Below are positions 10,599 to 22,935 of a stretch of DNA of 64,000 nt, piece by piece. How positions within the stretch are numbered: position 1 is the first letter of the stretch; each line of letters opens with the position of its first letter. Source of the DNA: Octopus vulgaris. Its lineage: Eukaryota. Location: contig OX597824.1 of the NCBI GenBank assembly GCA_951406725.2, positions 66,278,001 to 66,342,000 on the forward strand, read 5' to 3'. The notes beneath the pieces are model-generated. The model saw only the letters and a program-made list of their open reading frames with translations, had not been told where the DNA came from and made no database searches. The position numbers and the translations under genes are program-made.

Positions 10599-11564
10599 AG
10601 CCTTAGTTAAAAACACCAAAAAACTAAGCCAACAAAGGAGCCTTATGTAGTTACCTGACCTGCTAGAAATACCAGCCGAATTTACTTGAATTCACATCTG
10701 GCTTTATTTCAATATGGTGTTTTAAAATAAGAACAGAGATAGTATACAATGTAGTCCCAGATACACTATGCATGAAATGAAAACAACAACAAATTAAAAA
10801 CTAGTTTGGTGACAGTTGCACGTCTTTGATCATACTTTATCAGGGCTAACATGGCACTTAACAACAACTCCAGAAAATAGCACTAAAGATAGTATACTAA
10901 AAATATTACAATAGTTACACTAGAGCACTACTGATAAAGTTAGGTACACTGATCATAAAGGGGTTTGTTGAATGCTAGTGCCTCCTTATTTTTTATAACT
11001 TCATAGATAATAAACGATAAATTATCAAAAACTTCAGATAAAATGTTTACCAAGGCCAGCTCCAATTACAGAGCACCCTACCATGAAACAAAATAGAAGT
11101 ACATTAAATACTCTGTTTAACAAAATATGAAATGAGTTAGGTAGAAATTAGGTTATGATAAGTAACTTTAAAAAGTCATTAATAGTCTTATTTACCAAGT
11201 GACTTACAAAATAATAACGATATGCCTCTTTTCGAAATAAAACTATATAATCATTCTTAAAACTAGTTTGAAAACTTTTGGAAAATAGCTTATGGTAAGA
11301 ATATTACTGTTTTGGTTATCCAACCTTAATTCCTCTATATATTGTATTATTATTATTATTATTATTATTATTTATAAAACAAATTACATCAACAGTGTGT
11401 GTTTTAATACTACTGTGTATACTCTACCATGATGCAACAGTTTTAGTCACACCATACAATTGCAACTAAGATATAAAATATCTCTGCTTTGTTGGCATTT
11501 TGGATTCCACTGGCATTGTGGAACAGGATTTTAAAAAGCCTCATCACCTCTGCTCCTTCTTCCT

Positions 11565-12555
11565 CATCATCATCATTTAATGTCCGTTTTCCATGCTGGC
11601 ATGGGTTAGAGGGTTCAACTGGGGTCTATGAAGCCAGGAGACTGCACCAGTCCCCAATCTGATCTGGCAGTGTTTCTACAGCTGGATGCCCTTCCTAACG
11701 CCAACAACTCTCAGAGTGTAGTGGATGCTTTTTACGTACCACTGGCACAGGGGCCAGAGGAGATGGCATCAACTATGATCGGATAGTGCTTTTTACATGC
11801 CACCGGCATGGAAGCCAGTAGAAGGCGTCACTGGCATCAGCCACGTTCAGGATGGTGCTTTTTACAGCACTGGCATCGGGCATGTTTGGATGGTGCTTTT
11901 AATGTGCCACCAGCACGAAGGTCATAATTACAATTTCCACTTGATTGTAATTTGATTTGATTTGATGTTGATGTACTTGACTCAATAGATCTCCTCAAAT
12001 ATGGCATGTCGCCCTATGATCCAAGGTACTTTTAAGTGGGCTGGTTATGCGATGCTGGTATAGGTTGCAGCTGTGAACTCACTTTACTTGCTGGGTCTTC
12101 TCAGTCACAGCATATCTCCAGAGGTCTTGGTCTCTTGTCATTGCCTCTGTGAGGCCCAACATTTGAAAGTCATGCTTCACCACCTCATCCGATGTTTTCC
12201 TGGCTCTCCCTCTACCCTGGATTCCTTCCACTGATTGGGAGTGGCACTTCTTCACACAGCTCTCCTCGTCAAGTCCCAGTTTCCGCACTGCCCACCAGAT
12301 AAGGGATCAGGGGAACCTATCAAAGGCTTTTTCCAAGTCCACAAAAGCCAAATATAGGGGTTTATCTTTGGCTAGGTATTTCTCCTGCAGTTGCCATACC
12401 AGGAATATAGCATTAGTGGTGCTTCTACCTGGCACAAAACCGAACTGCAGACTTTCTCCCTAATTAGTTGGGCTATGACCCTCTCTGTGACCTTCATCAC
12501 CTGATCCAGCAGTTTGATACCCTTGTAGAAATTTCTATCTAAAGCATCACCTTTA
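11565..12555 (-). mobile_element. RTE-clade LINE fragment (RT pieces, ORF C-terminus, 3' UTR, (GAT)n tail), internally deleted
   Basis: KGDALDRNFYKGIKLLDQVMKVTERVIAQLIR, FVDLEKAFD motif near 12320-12350, and ...GRGRARKTSDEVVKHD...DQDLWRYAV, followed by the UTR shared with 45535-46223. Confidence 0.9.
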
Positions 12556-15500
12556 TGATTTTGTTTTTCTTGAAATCTTGACTTTAGCCAAAAGTGAAAG
12601 GGGCTTTTTTTTTTACTATTCTCTACATATGGTTTGTTGAGTTGCATCAATTAATATCTCTCACAACATCTTCATAATAAATCAGAATAAATGATCTTAT
12701 TTTATCATTTAACATACAAAGACTAATTGAGATAAAACACTAGCCAGCAGAAAATTAAATATTATGGTTAAGGATTATTAATTTAGTGGGGAGGATGTAG
12801 TTAGATAAATTATTTAATTATATTAATATTTTATAAACAATGGACAAATGGAACACAAAGTCATCCTTAAGATTTGAACTTAGATTACAAAACAAAATAA
12901 ATAAATAAAAGATGTGATTAAAATTTTGATTTGAAGTAATGTAATCATCAACAGAGATGTATACAAAACATTATATATAATCAATACAACACCCACTTCG
13001 CATATACATTTTAAGTGCAGATAAACGAATGTCATTCAAGCAGAAATGAACAGTAAGAAACATAGACGGCACATCACTGATATTAATCAATTAGTAATAG
13101 AATTATTCAATACTGTATTATAAATAATCTCCAACAAATTCAATACAACCTAATAAAATATCCTTCTGCAGATGCATGGACACACACAAATCATACAATT
13201 GTTTACAAATAAGCATTTAACTAGCACTAAGATTACTCTGTCAAATGTAATGCTTATTTAACCACATCGTTTCAAGATTTCAATGATGTGATTGTTTATT
13301 TTTAGAATGTTATTGCAGGGTAGGTGTGAGTGGCTGGATCTAGCTGGTTTGAACATAAGTAGAGGGCTGGATATGACCAGTTTAAATGCTACAGGATTTC
13401 AGTTCAATCATACCTCACCTAAGATCCTCCTTCACACACACAAACTTTAAATCTTAAATTCCAAATCATACCAATGTTAAAAACATGCATTTACTTCTTA
13501 TCCCACTCAATCTGAAATACCCACTTCAAATACCCAATTATATAGCCCAGCAGGTTTAATTATATTACCATTTAGTATGTCTAAATCCCACACGACTCTT
13601 TCTACTCTACATCCACTAAGCTACACACAACTAACCCACCACCACCACCATGCACCAACTAGTCATGTCAGTATGAAGTGTTTAATGTACAAGTCCCTTA
13701 ACAGTTTTCTATTCCTTATTTTCGAAACTCCTGCTGCCTCACACATGGATTGACTATTTTATAAGTTGATCTGTGTAAAATCAAATACCATTGGTATTTG
13801 AAGGAGGTCACCTGTGAAACAACCTTTACATCAAATTCCTTCAGTTTGTTCATCATCACTATTATCAACTTCAATTTAAAGGCAATTTTTCTCCACGGTG
13901 GCATGGGCTGACTATGTCTGCAGTACAGCATATCATTCTTCTTCACCAAATACATCATATCTATGCAATCAGACATCTTCAGAAATAGCCTTATATCATA
14001 CACATAAACATTAAATACTTAATATATCTTTCTCAATCCCTTTCTTTGTCTTTAGTCACTGTAATTCTTTTGTTATCAATAAAAATAACAATAACATGAA
14101 TGTCTTTTTCATTTACCATATCTATTTGAAACCAGGTGAGAAATAAGCAGATGTCATTTCATAAGGTGTCCCTACAACTAACTACTCCTGTACACCTGTT
14201 ATATCTAGTGTTCTCAATCCTAAATATCCCACTGCCCCTACTATAAACTGCTTGCACTGAATACAAATGACTGAGTTCCTACCAACTCCCTGTATTACAA
14301 AGCAACATCACTTCATGGAATATACTTGATTGTAATCAAGCAAAATAGTACATTAAGGATATGACAGCTTGGGTATGAAGGTGGGGGTGAGGCTCCAGAA
14401 TTTGGTACCAATTTCAGTTGAAAAATAGAAGCAACATGAAATACAGTACCTTGTTCAAGGACAAAAAATGTGCTGCCTAGTCCAGGAATTGAACCCACAA
14501 TATGCTAACCACCAGACCATGCAACAAAAACAACAACTGACAATAACTATATCCAATCAAGAAGATTTTTCCTTATTCCATTTGATCATTAATGAACACC
14601 AAATTTAAGTTCTAGTTTCATGAATCCTACCAATTTCTGAAAATATTACAAAAATTTGAATTTGCTCAGATACATTTGATGGGAAAAACTTTTGTACACA
14701 TCATCAGATTGTTATTGTTTTTCTTTGCTTTTTTTTCTTAGAGAACATCAATAGTAACATTAAGTAATATTATCATCGACTTTCTTTTCTTCTTTTATTA
14801 TTTGACATTCAGCATACATTTTTACACATGCTAGTCAAAGAAAAGTGATATTTGTTGCAGCTTTTATTTTTACAGCTGGATGCCCTTCTTAAGTCATCAA
14901 CTGTGAAGTGAAGTAGGAGTAAAAGTTGTTTTGCGATGGTTTAACAAATTGATGCCAACTGTAGTTACATGCTTTGCTCAGGAGAACACCATAATGACCA
15001 TAACATTTGTGGTCAGCAGTCCAGTTCCTTAACTTTACAGCCAGTTCTACTTGATATAAAGTTACTCAAAACAATCAATAAAGACTACAAAACTACAACA
15101 ATATGCACAGCCAGCAGCATTAAGCAATAGGAGGAAATGAATATGTACTGACTGGAGGTGAGGAGAGGAGGGCAGTGAAGATACAGATGCTACATGCTAA
15201 AACAACTTTTGCAATCTACAATGGTTTGCTAAATGGGAGAAAATAAAAAGAATATTAAAAAAAAAAGAAAAATCTATTTTCTGACTACAGCTTCTTTGTT
15301 GGCAATCAATCAGCAACAAACAGGATGTCAATCACTGAGAACATGTAATTTTACATAAGCATGATTTGTTTTCCTCTCTCCTTCCACTCCTAGAAGATCT
15401 GAAAACCTATTGCTGAAAGCTCGGTGAACCGAGGTAATAAACAATAAACCAAACAGGTTAACAAAAGAACTTCTATAAGGCCATCAGAGTTACAAGAAAT

Positions 15501-15969
15501 AACAGCCAAATCATCTTAAAATCACACCATACTGTCTTTAAAAATGCAAAAAGGAAAGACATATTGGAAAATGTAGTGTAAGAACCTGAGAGGATCATGG
15601 GTGGACTGCCTCTTATAATAGGTTCTTGATCAGAACTGACTTTGAGGCTAAAAAGCAACAACCTAACTCCCAGGAGCCAATAAGAAATCATCCACATAGC
15701 TGGTCAACCTTCAAGAAAGAACAGTAGTCAAATCATGCCTTACTGTCTTAGAGAGAGAAAAAAAAAAAGAAAAAAGGAGATATTACACATTAGAAAATGT
15801 AGGGCTAGATACACTACACCACAAATAGATGGAGTGGTCATGACTGAAATGTCTTTGATCACAAGACTACTTAACAAGAACTGGTTAGGGACTGCATAAA
15901 TTATAAAAAGCAATGTGAACATCTTCAAAGTTTCAAAGGGCTTATTTCTGATATTAAGCAAGTTATTGG

Positions 15970-16125
15970 TCAACTTTGCCTTTCAGTCTTTTCGGGGTTG
16001 ATTAAAATAAAGTACCAGTCAATTACTGGGGTTGATGTAATTGACATGCCATTCTTCACAAAATTGCTGGCCTTGCAGCAGAATTGGAAAGATTTACTAG
16101 TAATCATTATTAATTATTATCATCA

Positions 16126-16177
<52 letters not shown>

Positions 16178-16290
16178 GATGGAGAATCAACAGAATTGTT
16201 AGCATGCTGGACAAAATACTCAACAGCATTTTGTCTGTCTATACATTCTGAATTCAAATTCTGTCAAGGTTGACTTTCATCCTTTTAGAG
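15970..16290 (+). mobile_element. Two family-B SINE pieces separated by (ATT)n
   Basis: ttgcctttcagtcttttcggggttgat..aagtaccag, then (ATT)n at about 16105-16176, then a second head truncated at the piggyBac relic. Confidence 0.7.
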
Positions 16291-18010
16291 AGAGTATTCT
16301 CCTAGTTCAGAATCAGATGATTCCGATAGCGATGATATTCTGATGCATCAAAGGTAGAAATGGACAGCAGTGAATGGCTCTGGACATCAGAATGTTGTGT
16401 GGCGAGCAAGAGACAATTTCATTTGACGGCATGGATTTACTGGTATGCCTGGCATAAAGGCAAACCTTGAACATGGAAGTTTGCCACTGGAAATCTTCCA
16501 CGAGTTTTTGACAGATGAAATGTTCCAATATATTGTGGATGAAATGAACAACTACATTGTAAACCATCCCTAGCATGTCAAACCCAGGAATCAAGATCTA
16601 GCCATGTTGATACCTTTCCAGAAACGATGACACATAATTGATTTATGGCAATTCTTTGAAATCTACATTTCAACTCAAGCAAGAACCAAGATGACAGGCA
16701 GCACAGAATATGTCCTATCATTGAAGTGGCTGAAAATTTCAGAACAGTCTATGGCCATACACAGGACATTTGTATAGACAAAAGATTATGGAAATTCAAG
16801 GGAAGGCTCTGATTTAACCAATACAACCGAACCAAACGTGCCCACTTTGGAATCAAAGGTACCTTAAAGTATGCCAGTCAACTGGCAGAGCCTGTGGGTA
16901 CATGTGGGATTACAAAATTTACACTAGTCAGGACAGATTGGATCTTCCAGTATCTACTGTAGCATCAACTGATATCATGTCGCTGAATGAAAACTTGTTA
17001 GAGAAAGGCTATAATATTTATATGGACAACTGGTTTTCCAGTCCAGACCTCTTCCTACAGCTGCAGGCAAGGAGGACGAATACCTGTGGGATTGTGAGGA
17101 CACATAGGAAAAAAAAAAGCTGCCCAATCTTCACAAGATAAAATTTTGAAAGGAGGAAATAGCATACTGATGCACCAAATACAGCATTCTTGCTCTAGTG
17201 TAGCGTGACAAGAAAAACGTCTGCATGTTATCCACAATTCATTCTGCAAGCGTGAAGGACACAAAGAAACACAATGCAGATGGTAAGGCCATAAAGAAAC
17301 CAAGTGTAGGTTTTTTGTACAATAAAGTGATGGGCAGGGTCAATCACTCAGATCAGCTGGTGACGACACACAAATCGGTGAGGAAATTTGTGAAAAGGTA
17401 CAAAAACAAATTTTCATGTATATAGTTAACACGTGTTGTGAACTCACATTTCATTTGGCAGATGCTTGGCAGTGTGGGGGATGGACTGACATTCAGAAAT
17501 CAGACCTGCCAAAGTACAGAACATATGGCTGTCCCCATGCCAGATTCTCTCCTCCTTCATGGTGAAGGGGCATGGACATTTTCCATGACTGTTTCCCCCC
17601 TACTGCCAAGAAAATAAATGCTCCAAAGAAATGCACAGTGTGTAGTAAAGCAAAAGGGAAGCATAAGGAAACTAGATACCATTGTTCACAAAGTGATATG
17701 CCACTGTGTGTGGTACCCTGTTTTGAACCCTACCACACTAAAGCCAATTTTTTTTAATTCACGGGATTGTAAATACATGAAGTTGATCTGACTTGTGCTG
17801 TCGAGTGATCTTATTCAGGAATAATACCACATGAGCATCGTGCACATGGATATAATTTAGGTAAATAAACAGAACTTGCACTAAAGCAGTTGATGTAAAT
17901 ACATGCTGAACATTATCTCACACTGAGAGCTGACCACCATTGGCGTGATTACCAATGCCATGCACAGGCAACCAAATGAATCACCACCATAAACTAGTTA
18001 AAGCAGTTAA
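16290..18010 (+). pseudogene. Decayed piggyBac (PGBD4-like) transposase
   Basis: Frameshifted pieces CIDKRLWKFKGR, YNPTKRAHFGIK, YMDNWFSSPDLF, YNKVMGRVNHSDQ and a C-terminal Cys-rich domain CTVC...ETRYHCSQSDMPLCVVPCFEPYHT; right side ends near ttaa. Confidence 0.88.
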
Positions 18011-18912
18011 TGAAAATATATGTTGAACCATTGTCATGTGCTGCTAATTACTGATCTCAGCCAAGATGACTACTGTTAATACAATGTAGTTGCTTGATGT
18101 ATGAGCAAAATGGTCCCAACCTAGAGCAAAATATGGGGATGCCAGGATAACTGTTGAACTGTTAAGAAAGCTCTGACTGAAGAAAATGTCTAAATTTACA
18201 AAACTATTCAACCCATGATATAATAAATATACCAAAAACATAAAATTACAAATATTCAAAAATACAGCTTAAATAAAAAAAAAAAAATTTTTAATTCATG
18301 GATGAGTGGCTGATGGATTAGTTATGAGCAAGTTAGTTTTGTTGTTTAACTCCAGGTCCACTCTCACTGAGCAGACTTCTGATGAATATATTATAAGCAA
18401 AGTAATTGTATCATTTCTCCAGGTCAGGTAAATCTGCAATGAAAGGCTTTCCAACCCAGACCATCCTGTCTGTTCATCATCAAGGTTTATATTGTCTAAT
18501 ATATTCATTTTTTTAAAACAGAGTGTGTATTTGAGATATTTTGGTTGCTATTTCTAGTAGATCAAGCAATGGCATAGAGGCCCACACTTCATAGGCTTGA
18601 AGCAAATAATTTTGTCTCAAGAGGGTAAAGCTGGAATTTTAAATCAATGTTTGAAGATATAATCTCAGTGGAATAAGCAAGAAAGAAAACAAGAAACATT
18701 CCACCTTCTTTGACAAAAACAACCTAACTGATTATTTGTGGTGGTGGTTGTTGTTTTGGAAGGGGAGAGGTTGTTGCTAATGAAGCAAGATGTAGAAAGA
18801 ACATCTAACAAGCTATGCTATAAGAAAATGATAGGTTTAACAGATGAGTTCCAATAAAGATCAAATTATGCCTCAAGATATGAGTGTTGAAATATGATTA
18901 CACACATACATA

Positions 18913-18944
<32 letters not shown>

Positions 18945-18947
18945 ATG

Positions 18948-19185
18948 CACGGCGATGTGGTAATAAGTTTGCTTTTCAACCATATGGTTCCAGATTCAGT
19001 TCCACTGCATGGCACCTTGGGCATTAGAGTATTCTACTATAACCACAGGCAGACCAAAACCTTGTGAGTGTACTTGATCGATGGATAGAAACTGAAAAAA
19101 GCCTGTCGTGTGTGTGAGAGAGTGAGAGAGAGAGAGACTGTCTGACCTATGCAAGCATGGAAAAGTAGACATTACAATGATGTTT
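18948..19185 (+). mobile_element. Family-A SINE head joined to an RTE-type tail end
   Basis: gtggtaataagtttgc...ggcaccttgggca...aaactgaaa head, then gcatggaaaagtagacatta. Confidence 0.65.
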
Positions 19186-19214
19186 ATATAATGCATTATA
19201 TAAACACATGCACC

Positions 19215-19575
19215 ATTATCATAATTATTTTAATACTCCTTTTCCCCCCATGCCTGTATGGATGAGACAGAATTCACTGAGGCAGATTTTCTATAGTCTG
19301 ATGCCCTTCTTGTAGTTAACTTCTACCTGCTTTGAAGCAAGATATTTCCCCCATGGCCAGATATGTTTTCACAGAAGATTGGAAATGAACAACATCACTC
19401 GTTTACAACTATCCATGTTGGGACAAAGAGAAATACACACACACATCATGAGCTTCTTACAGTTTTAGTCAACAAAGTCCAATGACGAAGCTTTCAATCA
19501 GCTCAAGGCTGATCTTGCCTAAGGTGTCATGAACCTGAGACCACATAGCTGAGAAGCTAACTTAACAACATAGCC
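19215..19575 (-). mobile_element. Family-A-headed SINE with RTE-derived tail, decayed
   Basis: Same organisation as 33785-34190 and 39495-39875. Confidence 0.6.
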
Positions 19576-20169
19576 CAGAAGAAACAGCTATAATGATACA
19601 GCAACAACACGGTAGCCGTAGATGAAACAAGAAAAGCTAATCAATAATAATTCCTATATACACTGAAACTATGACTAACATACATGAATAACATACACAA
19701 GCCATGTGTAAATATATTTAAATAAAAATGCGTTGTACTGTTCATTTGAATGTGTCATTTATAACAATAATAATATTTTTCTTTTAAAAAATATAACTCA
19801 TTTTAATGTGCCCTAAAAAAGAAATTAAAGTAACGGATGATAGTGAAAGAGCTTGTAAAAAGAAGGCGAATGCTATCTAATATAGAATAGAATAAGGCCA
19901 TTTCTATTACTGGAGAATTCCAGGCCTAACCTTTTATAACAAAATAAAAATCTGTTTTTGAGTGCTTGCCTTGGATTTTGAGTGTGCAATGTGGTTGACC
20001 AATCAAAGTGTTTAACACAATAACTGTTGGCAGTTGCCTAACCAATTTCTATTAGCTACTTGGCAGTATGGCACGGGCTTACTGTCAAGTTGGATGCATA
20101 GCCAAAAGTCAAAGTACCATATCTTAGGTATAGGGAGCAAAACAGCTTTGTTTAATCATTTTTCACTCT

Positions 20170-21110
20170 AAAGAAAAGAGACTGTTATTTACAGTTAAAT
20201 TCAAATTAAGTATGATCAATCATGTGAAAAAACAAAGAGAGCTGCCAAAAGACATTTTGGTCCTTCGCTAAAAAAAAAAAAATGATTCATTGTTGGTTCA
20301 ATCAAGAAGTAAAATTGAAAATGATTAAAATGATAAATGCAATTTTGGAGGAAAGGGGTAAGGGTCAAAATGGCAAGATCTCAATGCAAGGACTATATGT
20401 TTCTACAAAAATGATTACTTTTGAAGCAAAAAGGTTTGCAGGTGATAATTAGAAAATTTTGCTGGTCATACATCATGGTGTCATTGGTGCACGAAACAAA
20501 AAGGCCTTGCTTTTCTCAAGTATGTTACGTAGGAAAAGAAGTTTCATTTGAACTGTCTCAAATAACAAACATAACATTTGCTGAACCAAACAACTGATAT
20601 AAACGGTACTAAAACTTTTACATTGAAGACCACTGGACATGAAAAATTGCATTATACAGTGGTGCTAGTAGGTTGTGCAGATGAAATAAAATTACCCACT
20701 AATATTAACTTTCAAAAGAAAAGCAAAGCCCAAAGAAAATTTATCCAGTGGTGTTTACAGTCATGTACATGGAAAAGGACAGAGAGATGAAAGTGGAATA
20801 CTTTGGTTTACTAAAAAGCCTTCCCTCCTAATAAGTTAAAAACACAACCGGTAAGTAAACTCAGAGGTTTAACAAGCTCTTGATGTTTCTATAACAAACT
20901 GGACACAGCAGGAAGATTTTGCTACAACCTTAACTAGATGAAGGTAATGACATATGCTTGATCAGGTGTACATGTGGGTCAAGAACTTGGTGGTGGGGGG
21001 AAAAAGTGAAACAGGAATTAGGTTACTTAAGAAATGTAGCATCAGTATTGCAATAGATGGGAACAAATATGACATTCTCTTTGATCATAATATTGGATAC
21101 AACAATAAAA
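20170..21110 (+). pseudogene. Highly decayed pogo/Tigger (POGK-like DDE_1) transposase
   Basis: GTKTFTLKTTGHEKLHYTVVLVGCAD..KLP and LKKCSISIAIDG..YDILF fragments typical of pogo DDE_1 transposases; many stops and frameshifts. Confidence 0.7.
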
Positions 21111-22412
21111 TGTCTTTTTTCCTTTTCTTTTTCGAAGTGAAAGTAATAAGGACCTTGTAAGACTTTGAACCAAGCAAAATAACAGTAAACCTATTTTTTC
21201 ATTTACAGTATTTTTTAATTTCATGTTTTGAGCTCTATTCACTAATTTTTTTTGGAGTATCAGGCTGAATTTTTTTTTAAGAAAAATCTTTCAAACATAA
21301 ACAGAAAACAAAGTAGTTCCTGTGAAACAATGTTGAAAGAGAAGAGAGGAGGGAACATCCAAACAGCTAAACAAGCAAGGAAAAAAAATACAAATAGGAC
21401 AGACTAAGTCTTAGGAATCAGTTTACAATCATCATCATCATTGAAATGTAAATAGAGGAAGGAAGTTAATTATATTAATCCTAGTACTTGACTAATATTT
21501 TATTTCATCATCCATAGAAAAATGGAAGAAAAAGTTGACCCTGGCCTAATTTGAACTCAGAATGAAAATAACTGTAATACCATAGAAAATAAGGATTTCT
21601 AACTTAGATGCAAATTAGAGCAGAAACAGGGATGGAGGGACAATTTAAATCAACTCCAGTACTTGAATGGTATTTAATGACAGAGCATCACCATACCTCT
21701 CATTGAAAGAATGATGTCATTTGTCACAAGGTCAGTGGAAAAGAGGCCATAACAAGGACTAGTTACAAATGCAATATGGTTTTATGCAGAATTAATTAAC
21801 AAAAGGAAAAAAATGAATGAAAAAAAATGAATGAAAAAAATGAAAAAAAAAGAATGAAAAAAAAGAATGAAATGAAACATTTCAAAAGAGGGACAACAAC
21901 TTAAAGGCCAATGAAGGACCCTCACCCACCTAAATCCAAAATTACTCACAGTACAAAGGAGAAATGCCCTCTCTTTCTGCTGTACTATCCAGCCCACAGA
22001 TGCATGCTAAGAGTAGGACCATTCCTATCACTCTCGTCCACCTTCCCACAAATTCACTGGAAGATAAGCACCACTCTCTCTCTCTCTCTCTCTCTCCCTA
22101 AATGGAACTTGAAGTTCCAGCTCCTTACATTCTTTATACATTGATGAGAGACTGACTGAAGTTTAAAGCATCTGTTCTATTCCTTTCAATCTTGTCCACA
22201 AGACAACCTCTTGCACCCTATCCACCAGACTCAGTGGAAACTGCCTGCCTTTCTTAGCCAAAAGAAAGCTGCTGATCTGTAACTTGGACACAAAGCCAAA
22301 ACTGAAGAGAACAATGAATTTACATTGAATTATCCCCATCCTGTTTTAGAAGGATAAAAGGTAAAATTCATGTCAATGTGATTTGAATAATACAAATAAT
22401 AATAATAATAAA

Positions 22413-22935
22413 TGCCCTGATGCAATACCAGGCACTGGCTCTTATGTTTTCTGATCTTAACTAGTTGGAAGTGTTATCATGTTTTGTCTTGATGTAAAAG
22501 ATGGGCTACAGCAAATATTCTGCTCAATACCACAAATTTCCTTGTCAGTTGCTTGACCTTAACCAGTTGAGCATGTTCCTTCATGGCTGATATGTGCAAT
22601 TCTAATCGTGAACAGAAGTAGTGGAGGAGAACCATAGCCATGTATAGAGAGGAATTTTGTGGGGTTGAATAATTCAGCTCTAGAAACAGTGTTTTGTTCA
22701 ATTTGATCTAAAAAAAATTCTAAATGAGCTCCACCTGTGAGGTGGGAGCCCAGTTATGACCCACCTCACAGTCATGCACTGTTTATCTTGATATGAGATC
22801 ACCATGTCTTGTACATATGGTTGTGATGCATATGCCTAATTATACCCTTATCAGACGGGTAGCCATGATGGTTATATTGGGTTACATATATTTGTACCCC
22901 AGTGTCACTTTGATGGCATGCACTGCTTTCTCAAT
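22413..22935. mobile_element. Unclassified interspersed element bounded by (AAT)n on both sides
   Basis: About 520 bp of complex sequence between AAT tracts, with an internal 12-bp stem ctgtgaggtggg/cccacctcacag. Confidence 0.45.
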
